A stretch of DNA of 63,781 bases, the filler included, from Elsinoe ampelina (lineage: Eukaryota), in the NCBI GenBank assembly GCA_010093995.1. It is 4 parts of 4 records of this genome, joined end to end, with 100 filler letters (N's around TTAATTAATTAA, not from the genome) between each part and the next. Parts side by side here need not be neighbours in the genome. Positions count along the whole stretch, not along the records: positions 1 to 18,185 come from ML992523.1; positions 18,286 to 48,777 come from ML992524.1; 2 more parts are not named here. One strand, given 5' to 3'. A model generated the notes under the pieces. That model was not told where the DNA came from. It did no database searches and was given only the letters and a program-made list of their open reading frames with translations. How positions within the stretch are numbered: position 1 is the stretch's first letter; each line of letters starts with the position of its first letter. Positions 12,739 through 24,595 of the stretch are shown piece after piece. Both the position numbers and the translations under genes were made by a program.

Positions 12739-14128
12739 ATGGACAGTCCTGGAAACCCTTTCGATTCGCCTTCAATGCACGACGTTTCGCCTCAGAGATC
12801 GCGTCATCAAGTAAAAGGGATGGTAAACCCCTATCCAGGACTGGTGAGTGCCGACGCTCTGTCACGCTTGGGGACGAACAACTCACATGGTATCAAGTCG
12901 CCTCAGGGGGAGTATCTGCTGCCCCACTCAACACCGCCGACGGCATCTGCAACGACCATGCCTGCCCTGCAAAGTCGACCTCACCCAGCCCCATTATCGT
13001 TCGTCCAGCCTTCAATGTACGGAAGCGCTATACCATCACTCCTTGACAGCCAGTTCCCCATCGAAAACCCAGGTCTGGCCAGCAGCGCATATTCGTCAAC
13101 ATGCAGCAACTACTCAGCCCGATCACCAGAGGCAGAGTCTGTGAGTCCTAGGACAGTAAGCTCATACCCCAGCCCGGCCTATCAACCTCACATCCCATGG
13201 TCTGTCGCAGCCATGAATGCCTTCCACCCGGTTCAGGTCCTTCCCGGCAACCCCTCTTTCTTCCAGCCGACCTTCTTCTCACAGAATACTTGGGAGCCGA
13301 CCCCAGCTTGGCCTAGTCGTGTCAGCTTCTCAGATGGTACGGATCTTGGCCGAGGTGGAAGTCGATTCTACGACTACGACCACCATTCGTCTACCTTGGC
13401 TCCGTCAGCAACATATCCTGAGCCCAAGTTCATACAAGAACGTCCTGGTCCTGTCGATACCTCCTCCCAATCGGCGTTCACTGATCCTACCCTCATATCG
13501 CCACCCCCTCTCCGACTCCAGCCTGCTCAAGCTCCATCTTCCCTGCCGTCCCCAAGCAGTACTCTAGACAATATCAACGTCAATGACCTAGCTGAAACCT
13601 CCGACGCTGCGGTCCAGAAAGAGAAGGATCCATCACCCCGGCATAGGGTCGATAACAGCAAGCTCACGGCATCAGAGCGTAAGCGTCGTGACAACCTCCT
13701 CCTCAAACTCCGCGGCGAGGGCAAGTCCTACCGCGAGATCCAAGCCATCGCTGGGTTCGAAGAGCACGAGTCGACGCTGCGAGGTCGCATGCGGATCCTC
13801 CAACGCCCAGAGCACGCCAGGAAGAGGAAGCCGGTATGGTCCACCAAGGATGTAAGTATCCTCCCTCCATCTTCACGTCCCTCCGAGCCGGCACTGACAC
13901 TCACAGATCCGCATCTTGGAAGACCTCGTCGACGAAGAGATCGAAAAGGCCATCCGTGAGAAGAAGTTCAAGATCCGTCGCGGCAAGGAGACCAAGAGCA
14001 AGTACTTCAAGGCTCCGTGGTGTTTGATCTCCGAGCGGCTTCATGAGAGGGGTGCTGCGTATCCTTTTGGCCCGGCGTCTTGCTCGAAGAAGTGGAAGGA
14101 GTTGCACCCTGATGGGACGACGGTGTGA
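12739..14128 (+). CDS. Putative Myb/SANT-like DNA-binding protein with Pro/Ser-rich N-terminus; exons 12739-13851, 13907-14128
   Basis: C-terminal HTH-like RDNLLLKLRGEGKSYREI...ESTLRGR, then KPVWSTKDIRIL...PWCLISERL...FGPASCSKKWKEL with three spaced Trp. The intron GTAAGT...CTGAC...CAG joins two ORF-track frames. Confidence 0.7.
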
Positions 14129-14509
14129 AGTGGTGGTTGGCGTTGGGAATGGGGATGGAGAGGGGGTGGTGACGACGATGAGGCTTGGGACTGTTGAGAT
14201 TCTTTCTGATTGATTGATGGTATTTTCTGTCGACGGTGACGACTCACCTGCGTTGCTTTGGTCGCTCTACAACAGCTGCAGGGTGGATTTGGGAAGAGTA
14301 GGCATGGCGCTGGAAATTGCTGGATCTCGGTTTCTCGTTTCCTTTATTTTGCATGGTATTTCGGTCTCATTATCAAGTATGGAGTTCAAGGAAGCATATA
14401 CCCACATGGGCGGCCAGGCGCTGGATAATGTATTTCGGTCATTCTCAACAGATCTTCTCAATGCATGGTGCGAACATCCTTTCCGTTCCGCGTCACGTCC
14501 GATAGCAAA

Positions 14510-14651
14510 TGTTGTAATGGAAGACTGGTACAGCTTCTCTGGTACTGAAGAACTGGCACTAATGAGTCAGCGCACGCACAGTAGATAAATCGGTTATTGT
14601 AACTCTCTGAATAAAATACACGTCTCTCGATCCGATTTGCTAGCTATAACA
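14510..14651 (+). repeat. 142-bp LTR (5' LTR, copy 2)
   Basis: TG...CA termini; inverted near-identical copy of 477-618. Confidence 0.92.
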
Positions 14652-17600
14652 GGTTATAAGCCCGGCGCTTCTACAAAAGCACTTAAAGCTATAGCAAATT
14701 AAGCGTGTTATTATTAAAAGGATTACTAAGCCGCCTATACTAAATTCTAGACTAGCTATATTAAGACAAACACTTATAGTAGCCCGTATTAACCCTTTAA
14801 TTAAACAATTTAAACGGCTTAAACAAGCTAATTACATTAATTAAATTAATAGGCCTTTAGCTAATTACTATTATTATGTCTAGATTAGCAAAAATGCTCA
14901 AGACTTAGATTCTTAAGAGAGAGAGCAACTACAATACTTAGAGATTAACCCTTAAGGTAGCCCTCCTTAAAAAGGATATACTTAGATATACAATTTATAA
15001 CATCGACTAGATGCTAGTAGTTATAAAGCCTAAAGAACTAGCCCTAGATACTAGTAAAGGCACTAAGGCAATCTATAAGGTTAGGAATAAGACCTAGTAT
15101 AAGAATAATAGAATTACTTATAATGTTATTATAATAAGGATTTATAAATCTATTAGACCTTACTATAGTATAACTTAGAAGACTTTAAAGGAACTTCTAG
15201 ACATAATTAAAGCTACATTTAAACCTGTTATTTTATATAAGCTATATATAGCTATCTATAACCTTAATAAGGTAATTATAATAAGTTATAATACCTAAAG
15301 GTACTATAAAGATTTTATAAAGTACTATTATTAATACACTATTACTATAGAGTAAAGAGTAAGCACTATTAGTACTAAACTAGATAAGTTTAGGCTCCCT
15401 CTATACTATATTAAGACTATGTTTATTATAGGAATAGAGACTACTAAATAGTTAAGGAGCTAGAGATCTAGCCTTAACTATAAGAAGAGTCTTAAAGAGA
15501 TAATAGACTTTCTTAGAATATAGAAGCCTCTATATAATAGAAGAACTAATCTAAACCCTATTTATAGAGTAGCTAGTTATATTAAGGATTAATATACTTA
15601 GTACACTTATTATATCTACTCTAATATAGATTACTTTAAGTAGTACTCTAAGAAAGTACTAAAGAGTTAAAGTAAAAGGAATAATAAAGACAGGTTAAAT
15701 AATAAAGGTATAAAGGCTAAAGGCAAAAGTAACAAGTTAAAGACTAAGAAAGTTAAAGGTTAAGTAGCTATTAAAGAATCTAAAGAACCTACTAAGGTAG
15801 GTAAATTAGATAAACGCTCTAACACTAATATTAATATTATTATACTAGTCTATAGAGCAGTAGTAGTGTCTATATTATTATTCTTAACCTATAGCAAGAA
15901 TAGAGTAATCTATAACTCTAGTACGTTAAGGTACTTTATTAAAGACAAGTTATAGTTCTTAACAATTAAGGTATATAAAGGTGTTTTTAAATTTAAATAA
16001 GCTATTAGTACAAAGAAGCTACTTAATATAGAAGTAGGTATAGTTAGGCTTACCTTAACTAATAGCAAAGGCAAGAAGTTAATTATTAAGCTTTATAATT
16101 ATATATACTTACTATTATTACTAAATACTCTTATATCTAATCTTTAGAATAAAGAGGAATTTAGTATCTCTATAGTTAGCAAATCCTTAATAAAGGATAG
16201 AAAGGAAGTTAGCCTTATTAAACACTTTAAAAGAGTTAAATAGCTTAAGAACTTTAAAGTATATAAGCCTTAGGACTATAAGGAATTACCTATAAGGCTA
16301 AAACTATAGAAGCTATAGGCTATAAGAGCAAATCTAGCTATTATAACTACTTAAAAGCTAACATTAGAAAGATAGCACTAGAGGTTAGGCTATGTTAGTA
16401 ACACTATTCTCTCCCTTACTAAAAGTTAAGCTATTAGATTAGAAGAACTTTAAACATTAAATCTTAGCTACTATAAACTATATACTATATTAAAGGCATA
16501 GAGAGTAGTATTAAGGGAACTAAGAGATATACTAAAATACTTACTAGATAAGCTCTATCTAGACCTTATTAGTCCTATTAAACTATAGTTAAGTAAGGGC
16601 TATAAATACCTTCTCCTTATAATATATAATAAGAGTAAGTATAAGTTTGTTACTATTCTCTTCCTTAAGAGTAATATACTAGCAGTAATTAAACTTATCT
16701 ATATAAGGAACAAAATAGCCTATAATAAGCTTTTATTTATCTTTATCTCTAATAGAGGAGGTAAATTTAGGAACTATAAACTAGTAATAGCTATTTATCT
16801 TAAAGGGTAGAGATAGAATATTTCTATACCTAATACTTAATACTAGAATAGTAAATCTAAGGCTACTAATAAAGTAGTTATTCTTAGAACAAGGTGTATC
16901 TTTATTAATTATAGAGCACCCCTTAAACTCTAGTATATAGTTATAAAGTTTATAATCTATATTAGTAATAGAATTACCTATACTAAAACTAAGAAGATCC
17001 CTATATAAGAGCTTAGAAAGGATCTTCTTAATAATAATAGGCTAGTCTTATTAACTTATATTAGACACTTTAGCTATAGAGCCTATGTCTATAACTATTA
17101 TGTTCCTAAATTATATAAATTCTAAGCTAGAGTACTACTTAGTTAGTATATTAGTATATAGAATAACTTAATAACTAATTACCTTATCTAGATACTCTAT
17201 TAGTATTATACTTAGCAAGCCTAGAAGGGAAAGATTATTATATCACCCTATGTAATATTTAATAAGAATATAGTCTATAAAGACTAGGTAATATAAGTCA
17301 TTAAATAGCTATATATCCTATAGGTATAACAACCTAAAGCTTTATAGCTTTAGGGAGAGTAGACATTTAGTAGTAATTATAATTAAGGCTATAGCTATAA
17401 TTAACTACTCTTTAGTTATAAGAATCTATAAACTACTTAGGCTAAGGCTAAATAACCTTAAGCTAAACAACTAATATCTAACTACCCTTTAATCCCTAGA
17501 TATAAATAACAATTATCTACCCCTATTAAAGAATAAAGGGAGCAATATTAATATCCTAAACTAGATCCCTAACCTGTTAATAAATAGGGGAAGTAACTTG

Positions 17601-18185
17601 TTATTACTAATTATAAGGGTAAAGACCTTATAATACTACTACCTAAAGTTATTAGTAAACTATATTTAACCTTTAATCCTATAGTTAATGTTAATTAACT
17701 ACTAATATATATATAGAATAAGGATGTTAACTTCCTTATTACACTATTTAATATATAACCTCTAACTAGTAAAAGAAAAAGATCTCTCTTACTATAAGAA
17801 ACTATTAGAAGGTCCCTTAGAACATATTACTAGATTAATTATAAGAAGCTTAATAATAGTAAGATCATTAGATCTATAGCTGTTAATTTTAAGCTAGACC
17901 TATAAATAGTAAGAGATATACTATTCTCTCCTAAAGGTTATTACTAGTAAGCTATAATAGAGGTAGAGTAGAAGGCTCTAACTAACTCTAAAACCTTTTT
18001 AATTATTAAGAAATTATAGGTACTAAGAGGTGTTAGGCTAATAATAGGTAAATAGGTCTTTAAGACTAAGAGGCTTACTAATAGCAAAGTTAAAAGATAT
18101 AAGGCTCGTTAGACTATAAGGGGCTTTACTTAAAGAGTAGATATTAACTTTGTTAGAACCTTTATACTAATACTAAGAGCTAAAA
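14510..18185 (+). mobile_element. RIP-degenerated Ty1/Copia LTR retrotransposon, truncated at contig end
   Basis: 5' LTR 14510-14651 and PBS-like GGTTATAAGCCC. De-RIPped motifs in Copia order: WH.RLGH (~16370), integrase HLDLIGP (~16555) and QNG.SE..N (~16845), then RT GKWVFKTK...RYKARW..RGF.Q...IDF..TF.P (~18045-18170). Confidence 0.92.
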
Positions 18186-18285
18186 NNNNNNNNNNNNNNN
18201 NNNNNNNNNNNNNNNNNNNNNNNNNNNNNTTAATTAATTAANNNNNNNNNNNNNNNNNNNNNNNNNNNNNNNNNNNNNNNNNNNN
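18186..18285. other. Artificial contig spacer
   Basis: 44 N + TTAATTAATTAA (stops in all six frames) + 44 N; identical at two other sites. Confidence 0.97.
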
Positions 18286-18380
18286 CCTAACCCTAACCCT
18301 AACCCTAACCCTAACCCTAACCCTAACCCTAACCCTAACCCTAACCCTAACCCTAACCCTAACCCTAACCCTAACCCTAA
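18286..18380 (-). repeat. Telomere (CCCTAA)n, left end of contig B
   Basis: About 16 perfect CCCTAA units beginning at the contig start. Confidence 0.97.
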
Positions 18381-18950
18381 GACAAAGACAGAAGGGGAGG
18401 TAGGTATTTCTACTAAAGATCCTAGTTGTCTATTATTTAATTAAGGATTATAGGCTCTAGGATTTCCCTAATAACTCTAGGAGCGATATCTATACATATA
18501 ATCTAAGTACTATAGAGTCATCTATAATTCTTAGACCTTCTATTTACTAGGAAATTTATTCTACTTTAATATGTATTCTATGTCTATCTACTAGTCTACC
18601 TAGGCCTCTCTAAATTTATAAGGATGTTTTAGAGTTCCTAACTGTTAGGAGTAAAGCTACTAAGACCTCTACTCTATATTTTCTTAAGAACTTTAAAAGA
18701 TTTTTAGGATAGTCCTAGCATACTATAACCTAGATTCTAGGAGTAATACTCGATGATTCTAGATGATACTAAGTATTATAGAGGACCTAGGTAATATAAG
18801 TAATCTCTAAAAAATTCAAAGGGAAAAAATCTTAGAAAGTCCTAAAGAATAGAGGTTAGGAATCCTATTAGAATCTAGGAAAATACTCTAACCCTGCTCT
18901 AGTAAAACTATTAGAATGTACCTTTCCTCCTAAGACATATAGTGTCCAGA
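18381..18950 (+). repeat. 570-bp direct repeat, telomere-abutting copy
   Basis: GACAAAGACA...AGTGTCCAGA matches 34896-35465; the differences seen are transitions. Confidence 0.93.
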
Positions 18951-19029
18951 ATCTATTTTGTAATTCTCCCTTTTAATCTTATAGTAGTAGTTTAATTCTA
19001 GCTCGAGTTAATAAATTTAGAGTAATTTT

Positions 19030-19392
19030 TTTAGTCCTTATTATAGATAGCTTTAGCATAATAGCTAGCTTTAGCATTATAGCTAGTTTTAACACTATAG
19101 ACAGCTTTAACACTATAGATAGCTTTAACACTATAGATAGCTTTAATACTATAGATAGCTTTAACATTATTATAAATAGCTCTAATACCCTAGCTAGCTC
19201 TAACACTATAGCTAGCTTTAATATTATTATAGATAGCTCTAATACTCTAGCTAGCTCTAACACTATAGACAGCTTTAACATTATTATAGATAGCTCTAAT
19301 ACCCTAGCTAGCTCTAACACTATAGATAGCTTTAATATTATTATAGATAGCCCTAATACTCTAGCTAGCTCTAATACTATAGCTAGCTTTAA
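19030..19392. repeat. Minisatellite, ~18-bp unit (CTATAGATAGCTTTAACA-like) with higher-order structure
   Basis: Visible periodicity; it generates the repetitive ORF at 18979-19320. Confidence 0.85.
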
Positions 19393-19395
19393 TCT

Positions 19396-19605
19396 AAATA
19401 CTTACTAGTCTTTATATCTTATATACTTACTAGTGTTTATATCTTATATACTTACTACTTTTTATATCTTATATACTTATTAGTTTTTATATCTTATATA
19501 CTTATTAAGTTTTATATCTTATATACTTACTACTTTTTATATCTTATATACTTACTAGTCTTTATATTCTATATACTTGCTACTTTTTATATACTATATA
19601 CTTAT
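19396..19605. repeat. Minisatellite, 25-bp unit TTTATATCTTATATACTTACTAGTN, ~8 copies
   Basis: Unit starts at 19411, 19436, 19461, 19486, 19511, 19536, 19561 and 19586. Confidence 0.9.
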
Positions 19606-19715
19606 ATAGTTACCTAATAATAGAATCTTTATATTAGCTACCTAATCTCTTATAATATATATATCTCTTTTCTTTACTCTTCTACTTCTCTTCTTTTATT
19701 CTACTCTACTATAAC

Positions 19716-19790
19716 TTATACTACTATTAGACCTTATATTATACTACTATTAGACCTTATATTATACTACTATTAGACTTTATATTATAC
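19716..19790. repeat. Minisatellite, 23-bp unit TTATACTACTATTAGACCTTATA, ~3 copies
   Basis: Direct reading of tandem copies. Confidence 0.8.
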
Positions 19791-22680
19791 TATAACTTAT
19801 ATTATATTATACTACTATAAGTATTCTAATAGTTATATCTACTACTACTTCTCTTCTCTGTCTTATTTAGCCTAAGAGTAATAAAATTACTATACCTATT
19901 AAGATTAACTCTCTACTAACCTAGTATACTAATAACTAAATAGCTAAGCTTACTAACCTAGTCTAGCTTATTAAGAGTCTTATCTAGGATATAGTTTAGT
20001 ATCTCTAGGGTATAAGGACTATTCTCTATAACTAAATTAACTAGCTTAATACTCTTTATAACTCTCTCTTTATTAACCCTAGCTGTCTTTTCCCTACTAT
20101 TAACACTAACTAGAATAGTCTTAATAAGGGTATATAGTACTATAGCTCTCTTATTAAGAACCTTAATAAGTTTATAAAGATCCTTAAGTAAATCTAGACT
20201 AAGTAAGTAGCCTTCTACTCTTTTCTACTCTCTTTCTCCCTTACTAACTATTTCCTTAGGCTTAAGAATGTTTATAATACCTATCCTCCTATAGAAGATA
20301 GCTAGTCTATCTAGAATATACACTAGAAGTATATAACTATTTCTAGTAGCTAGGACTCTCTTATTAAGTAGATTATTGTTATTCTTCTTTAGCTTACTAG
20401 TTAGAGAGAAGTTAGGATTAAGTCTGCCTTTTAAAGGCTAGAACATAAGTAATATTAGAAGAGGTAAGGAGGTATAGTAGATAGTAGAAGTTCTTTCTTT
20501 TGTTTTCTAGTATAATAAGGTAGCTAATAGCTTAATAGATAGATTAAGTAAATTAATATAGCTTTATATAATATAAAGCTTTTCCTCTATAATTTTTATT
20601 CTTTATTAGATATTAAACTCTTCTTCTCTATATTCTCCTCTATATTCTCTTTTACTTTCTCCTCTATATCTTTCTCTATATTCTCCTCTACTTCCTCTAT
20701 AAGAATAGTAGACCTCCTTACCCTATTTCTTTCTATCTCTACTATCTCTTCTCTACTTTCTATAATAGCTTTAGTAAAGTTATACTCTATATCCTATATA
20801 TAATATCTATAGTTAATATAAATATTCTCTCTAGAAGCTATCTATACTATATTATAAAGATAAGAGATAAGCTATTAGATAGTAGCCTTCCTTATCTCTT
20901 TATAACTATACTTCTCTTTATCTTATACTATTATCCTTCTACTCTTTCTCTTAATAGGATTAGAGTTTAATAATTTATTATTACTATCTATCCTCCTAAT
21001 ACTATCTAATAAAGGTTAAAGATTAGAATAGCTTTAAATCTTAGAGCTAGTAGCCTCTTCTCTCTTTCTTTTCTCTTCTACCTACTTCTCTTTTTACTCT
21101 TTCCTCTTATTCTTTCTCTTTCTTTCCCCCTTCTCTAGCTAGCTTAGGACTATCTCTTAACTACTCTCTCCTACTCTAAATATAATTTAATCTTTAGAAA
21201 TGTCTATAGTAAACCTACCTTAGGTTAGTTATAAAGCTTTCTAGGTTAAAAACTCTCTTACTAGCTTTAAAGCTTAATAGATATTACTAGTAGTAACCTA
21301 GTCTTACTTACTTACTCTTATCCTAGTAGCCTTTCTAATCTAAGAATCTATCCTCTTTATAATAGCCTCTCTCTATTTAAGAGTAGCCTTATCTAGAGAT
21401 AGATTTACCTTTATATTTCTAGTAAGTGTCTTAAGGATAGGCTTACTTAGATTCTTTACCTTTTCTACTTACTTATTTTATTTCTTAGGAGGTAGTAACT
21501 CCCTTAGAATTTTCTATAGCTAATCTAAGCCCTAACTCTCTATAATAACATTCCTAAAATGCCTCCTATCTCTCTATATAGATACTCTAAGTATAAGTAA
21601 AAGCCTACTTAATTACTCTTATAGGAGACCTTAAAGTAAGCTATTTATACTTCTCTATACTTTCTTCTTCTTTATCTTCTATACCTAATAGTATATCGTA
21701 TACTTTTATATAAGTACTATATCTTTACTCGAGGTTAGAGTAGCATTAGTTAGCCTAGATATAATATCCCTAATAACCTAAGCCTTTATCTAGCCCTTAG
21801 TATCTCTTTCTAGAATCTCCTATAGACTAGTACTATTAGAAAGAACCTCTTAAAGCTATACCTTAACCTGTTTAAAGTTAAGACTATTAATGTACTTTAG
21901 TGTTTTTAGCTATTCTTATTAGCTAGTAGCCTAGGTCTTAATAGAACAGAATATATAAAGGTTCTTCTTATATCTTTAAGACTTGTTTCTATACTATTTT
22001 AGTTGTCCTCTATAGCTTTAAGCTATAGAGAGATTAAAATGCAAAGTTTTAGAATAAAGAGTAGATAATTTAATCTCTAAATAATAGTTTATAACTATAG
22101 TATAGTAATAGTATTTATATTTACAAAGTTGAATAAATAGTTTAGAGTAGCTTTACTAAGCCTAGAGCGCTCTATTTCTACTAGTCTATCTCTATAAAGT
22201 GTCTATTATATATAGTAGTAGTTCTTTCTCTATAAATTGTAGAAACTTTATTCTAAATATTCCTAACTTAATATAGTTTTTAAGCTATTATAACTACTTA
22301 TGTTTTATTAATTCTAGACTTTTTATATTAATAACTAGGACTTAATTTAGATGTTCTTTAAACTAGTACTAATTTTAAGTTAGAAATTATTTAGGAATAT
22401 AATTAGACCCTAAGTCTTAAAAAAAACTAGACTTTACTCTCTTAGGGTTATTTCCTTATATACAAATTTTTCTTACTCTAATTAGACTTAGCCTAGGTCT
22501 AATTTAGTATTCTAGGTAGGTTAAACTAAGCACTCTTTAATAACTTTACTAGTTTATAATTAATTTAGATAGTTATTATCTTAATCTATTACTATTTAGA
22601 AGTTCTCTAACTTAGCTATCTTTTAGTTTATTAGGTTAAGTATATATATAGTTATAATCTACCTAATTTTAGTAGATTAG

Positions 22681-22870
22681 NNNNNNNNNNNNNNNNNNNN
22701 NNNNNNNNNNNNNNNNNNNNNNNNNNNNNNNNNNNNNNNNNNNNNNNNNNNNNNNNNNNNNNNNNNNNNNNNNNNNNNNNNNNNNNNNNNNNNNNNNNNN
22801 NNNNNNNNNNNNNNNNNNNNNNNNNNNNNNNNNNNNNNNNNNNNNNNNNNNNNNNNNNNNNNNNNNNNNN
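22681..22870. other. Intra-scaffold gap (190 N, no linker)
   Basis: N run abutting a tandem array, which probably caused the gap. Confidence 0.9.
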
Positions 22871-23010
22871 TTTATATTTATATACTTATTAGTCTTTACC
22901 TTTATATACTTACCTATCTTTACATTTATATACTTATTAGTTTTTACCTTTATATACTTACTTATTTTTACCTTTATAAGCTTACCTATCTTTACCTTTA
23001 TAGACTTACT
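22871..23010. repeat. Minisatellite, 24-bp unit TTTACCTTTATATACTTACCTATC-like, ~6 copies
   Basis: Period of 24; related to the 25-bp array at 19396-19605. Confidence 0.85.
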
Positions 23011-24595
23011 TCTTCTTCTAAGATATATATACTTCCTCTCTCTTCTCTAGAACTTTCTTTCTTTTATCTTACTCTATACTAACCTATAGCTATTTTATCT
23101 CCTACTTTATTATATCTAATTTATATATCTTAGCTTCTACTTCTATACTAGTACTACTATAGACCTTACTACCTACTTTATTAGTAGTTCTACTAGCTTT
23201 ATCTAAGTTAAAGCTATTCTTAATATAGCTAAGTAGATACTTACTAGTTAGCCTATTAACTTTAATAAATATAAGGTTTAGAATAAGCTAGTTTATCTAC
23301 TTCTTACTCTTCTCTCTTTCTTATAGTATACTAATTCTTAGCACTAGATTATTACTAGTATTACCTAGATCTACCTTAGCTTAGCTATTACTCTCCTCTC
23401 CTAGAATAACTCTATCTAGGCTATCTATACCTATATTAAAGAGCTAGCTAATATGCTTTTCTTCTAGTCTAGCCTTAGATACTTCTAGGACTATTATAAG
23501 CCTTTACTAGCTATACTAGACACTATTTAGATTACTAATAGGCTATCTAACTATAGTCTAGCTTAGTACTAGGTCTAGGAGAATAGTAAGGTAGTTCTTA
23601 TAATTACTACTCTTCTAGCTAGTAAGATGCTTTAGTCTAAGGCTTAAGTTAGAGAAGAGAAGGAATTAGAGAAGAGAAAAAGATAAAAGAGAAAAGAGGT
23701 TAAGGAAGAAGTTAGTTATAGGAGAAGTTAGTTATAGAAGAGGTTAGATAAGGGAGAGGTTAGACAAGGTTAATAGCTTAATAGATATATTAGATATATT
23801 AAGATAGTTTTAGTTATATAAAGCTTTTTCTTCTATAGAGTTCTTTCCTTTGTTTTCTATTATAGTATAGTAGCTAGTAGCTTAATAGACAGATTAAGTA
23901 GATAATTAAGTAGACTAAGTAAATTAATTAATATAGCTTTATTAATATTAAGCCTTATCTCTTCTATAAGAGAGCTTTAGACTAAACTTCTTCTCTATAA
24001 ATTATCTTTTTTATATAGAAACTACTCTCTCCCTTATAAACTTATAGAAACTTTATTCTAAATATTACTAACTTAATACAGTTTTTAAACTATTATAACT
24101 CTATACTACTTAACATTTTAAACTTTGTTTAGAAGCTATTTAATAATAATTTAAACACTCTTTAAACTAATACTAAAATTATAATAAAAATATTCTAGGA
24201 ATATAATTCTACCCTAGGTCTAAAAAATAATTCTACCCTAGGTATAACTCTAACCCTTCTATTATATAAATTTAAGATTTAGAAATTCTACTCTACCCTA
24301 GGTAGAATTTAGTATTCTAGTTAGGTTCTATAGGTTCTAAAGATTCTATAAATTCTAGAGGCTCTATAGGTTCTATAGGTTCTAGAGCTTCTTTAAATTC
24401 TAGGTATTTTATAAACTTACTTTAAGCTATATTCTTAATATATATCTTTTATAATTTAGTTTTTTATTCTAAACTTTCTAATAAATAAATAATACTTTTA
24501 CTCTTTTATTAATATATTATTTATTCTAATCTTATTTTTAAAGTCTAAGGTTCTTACTTAATTTATTATTTATTATTTTATTTATTAGATTAATA

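Noticed and set aside
18230..18241. TTAATTAATTAA palindrome found three times
   Set aside because: Always centred in 44 N + 44 N; a synthetic six-frame stop linker.
18186..18380. Apparent interstitial telomere or chromosome fusion (also 54738-54934)
   Set aside because: Both arrays abut artificial spacers and have the polarity of true ends, so they are concatenated contig termini.
18979..19320. Repetitive 113-aa ORF (LELARVLELSII...)
   Set aside because: Translation of a RIPped 18-bp minisatellite, with no ATG start.
19396..19605. CRISPR-like array
   Set aside because: Contiguous tandem units without unique spacers, in a eukaryotic context with no cas genes.
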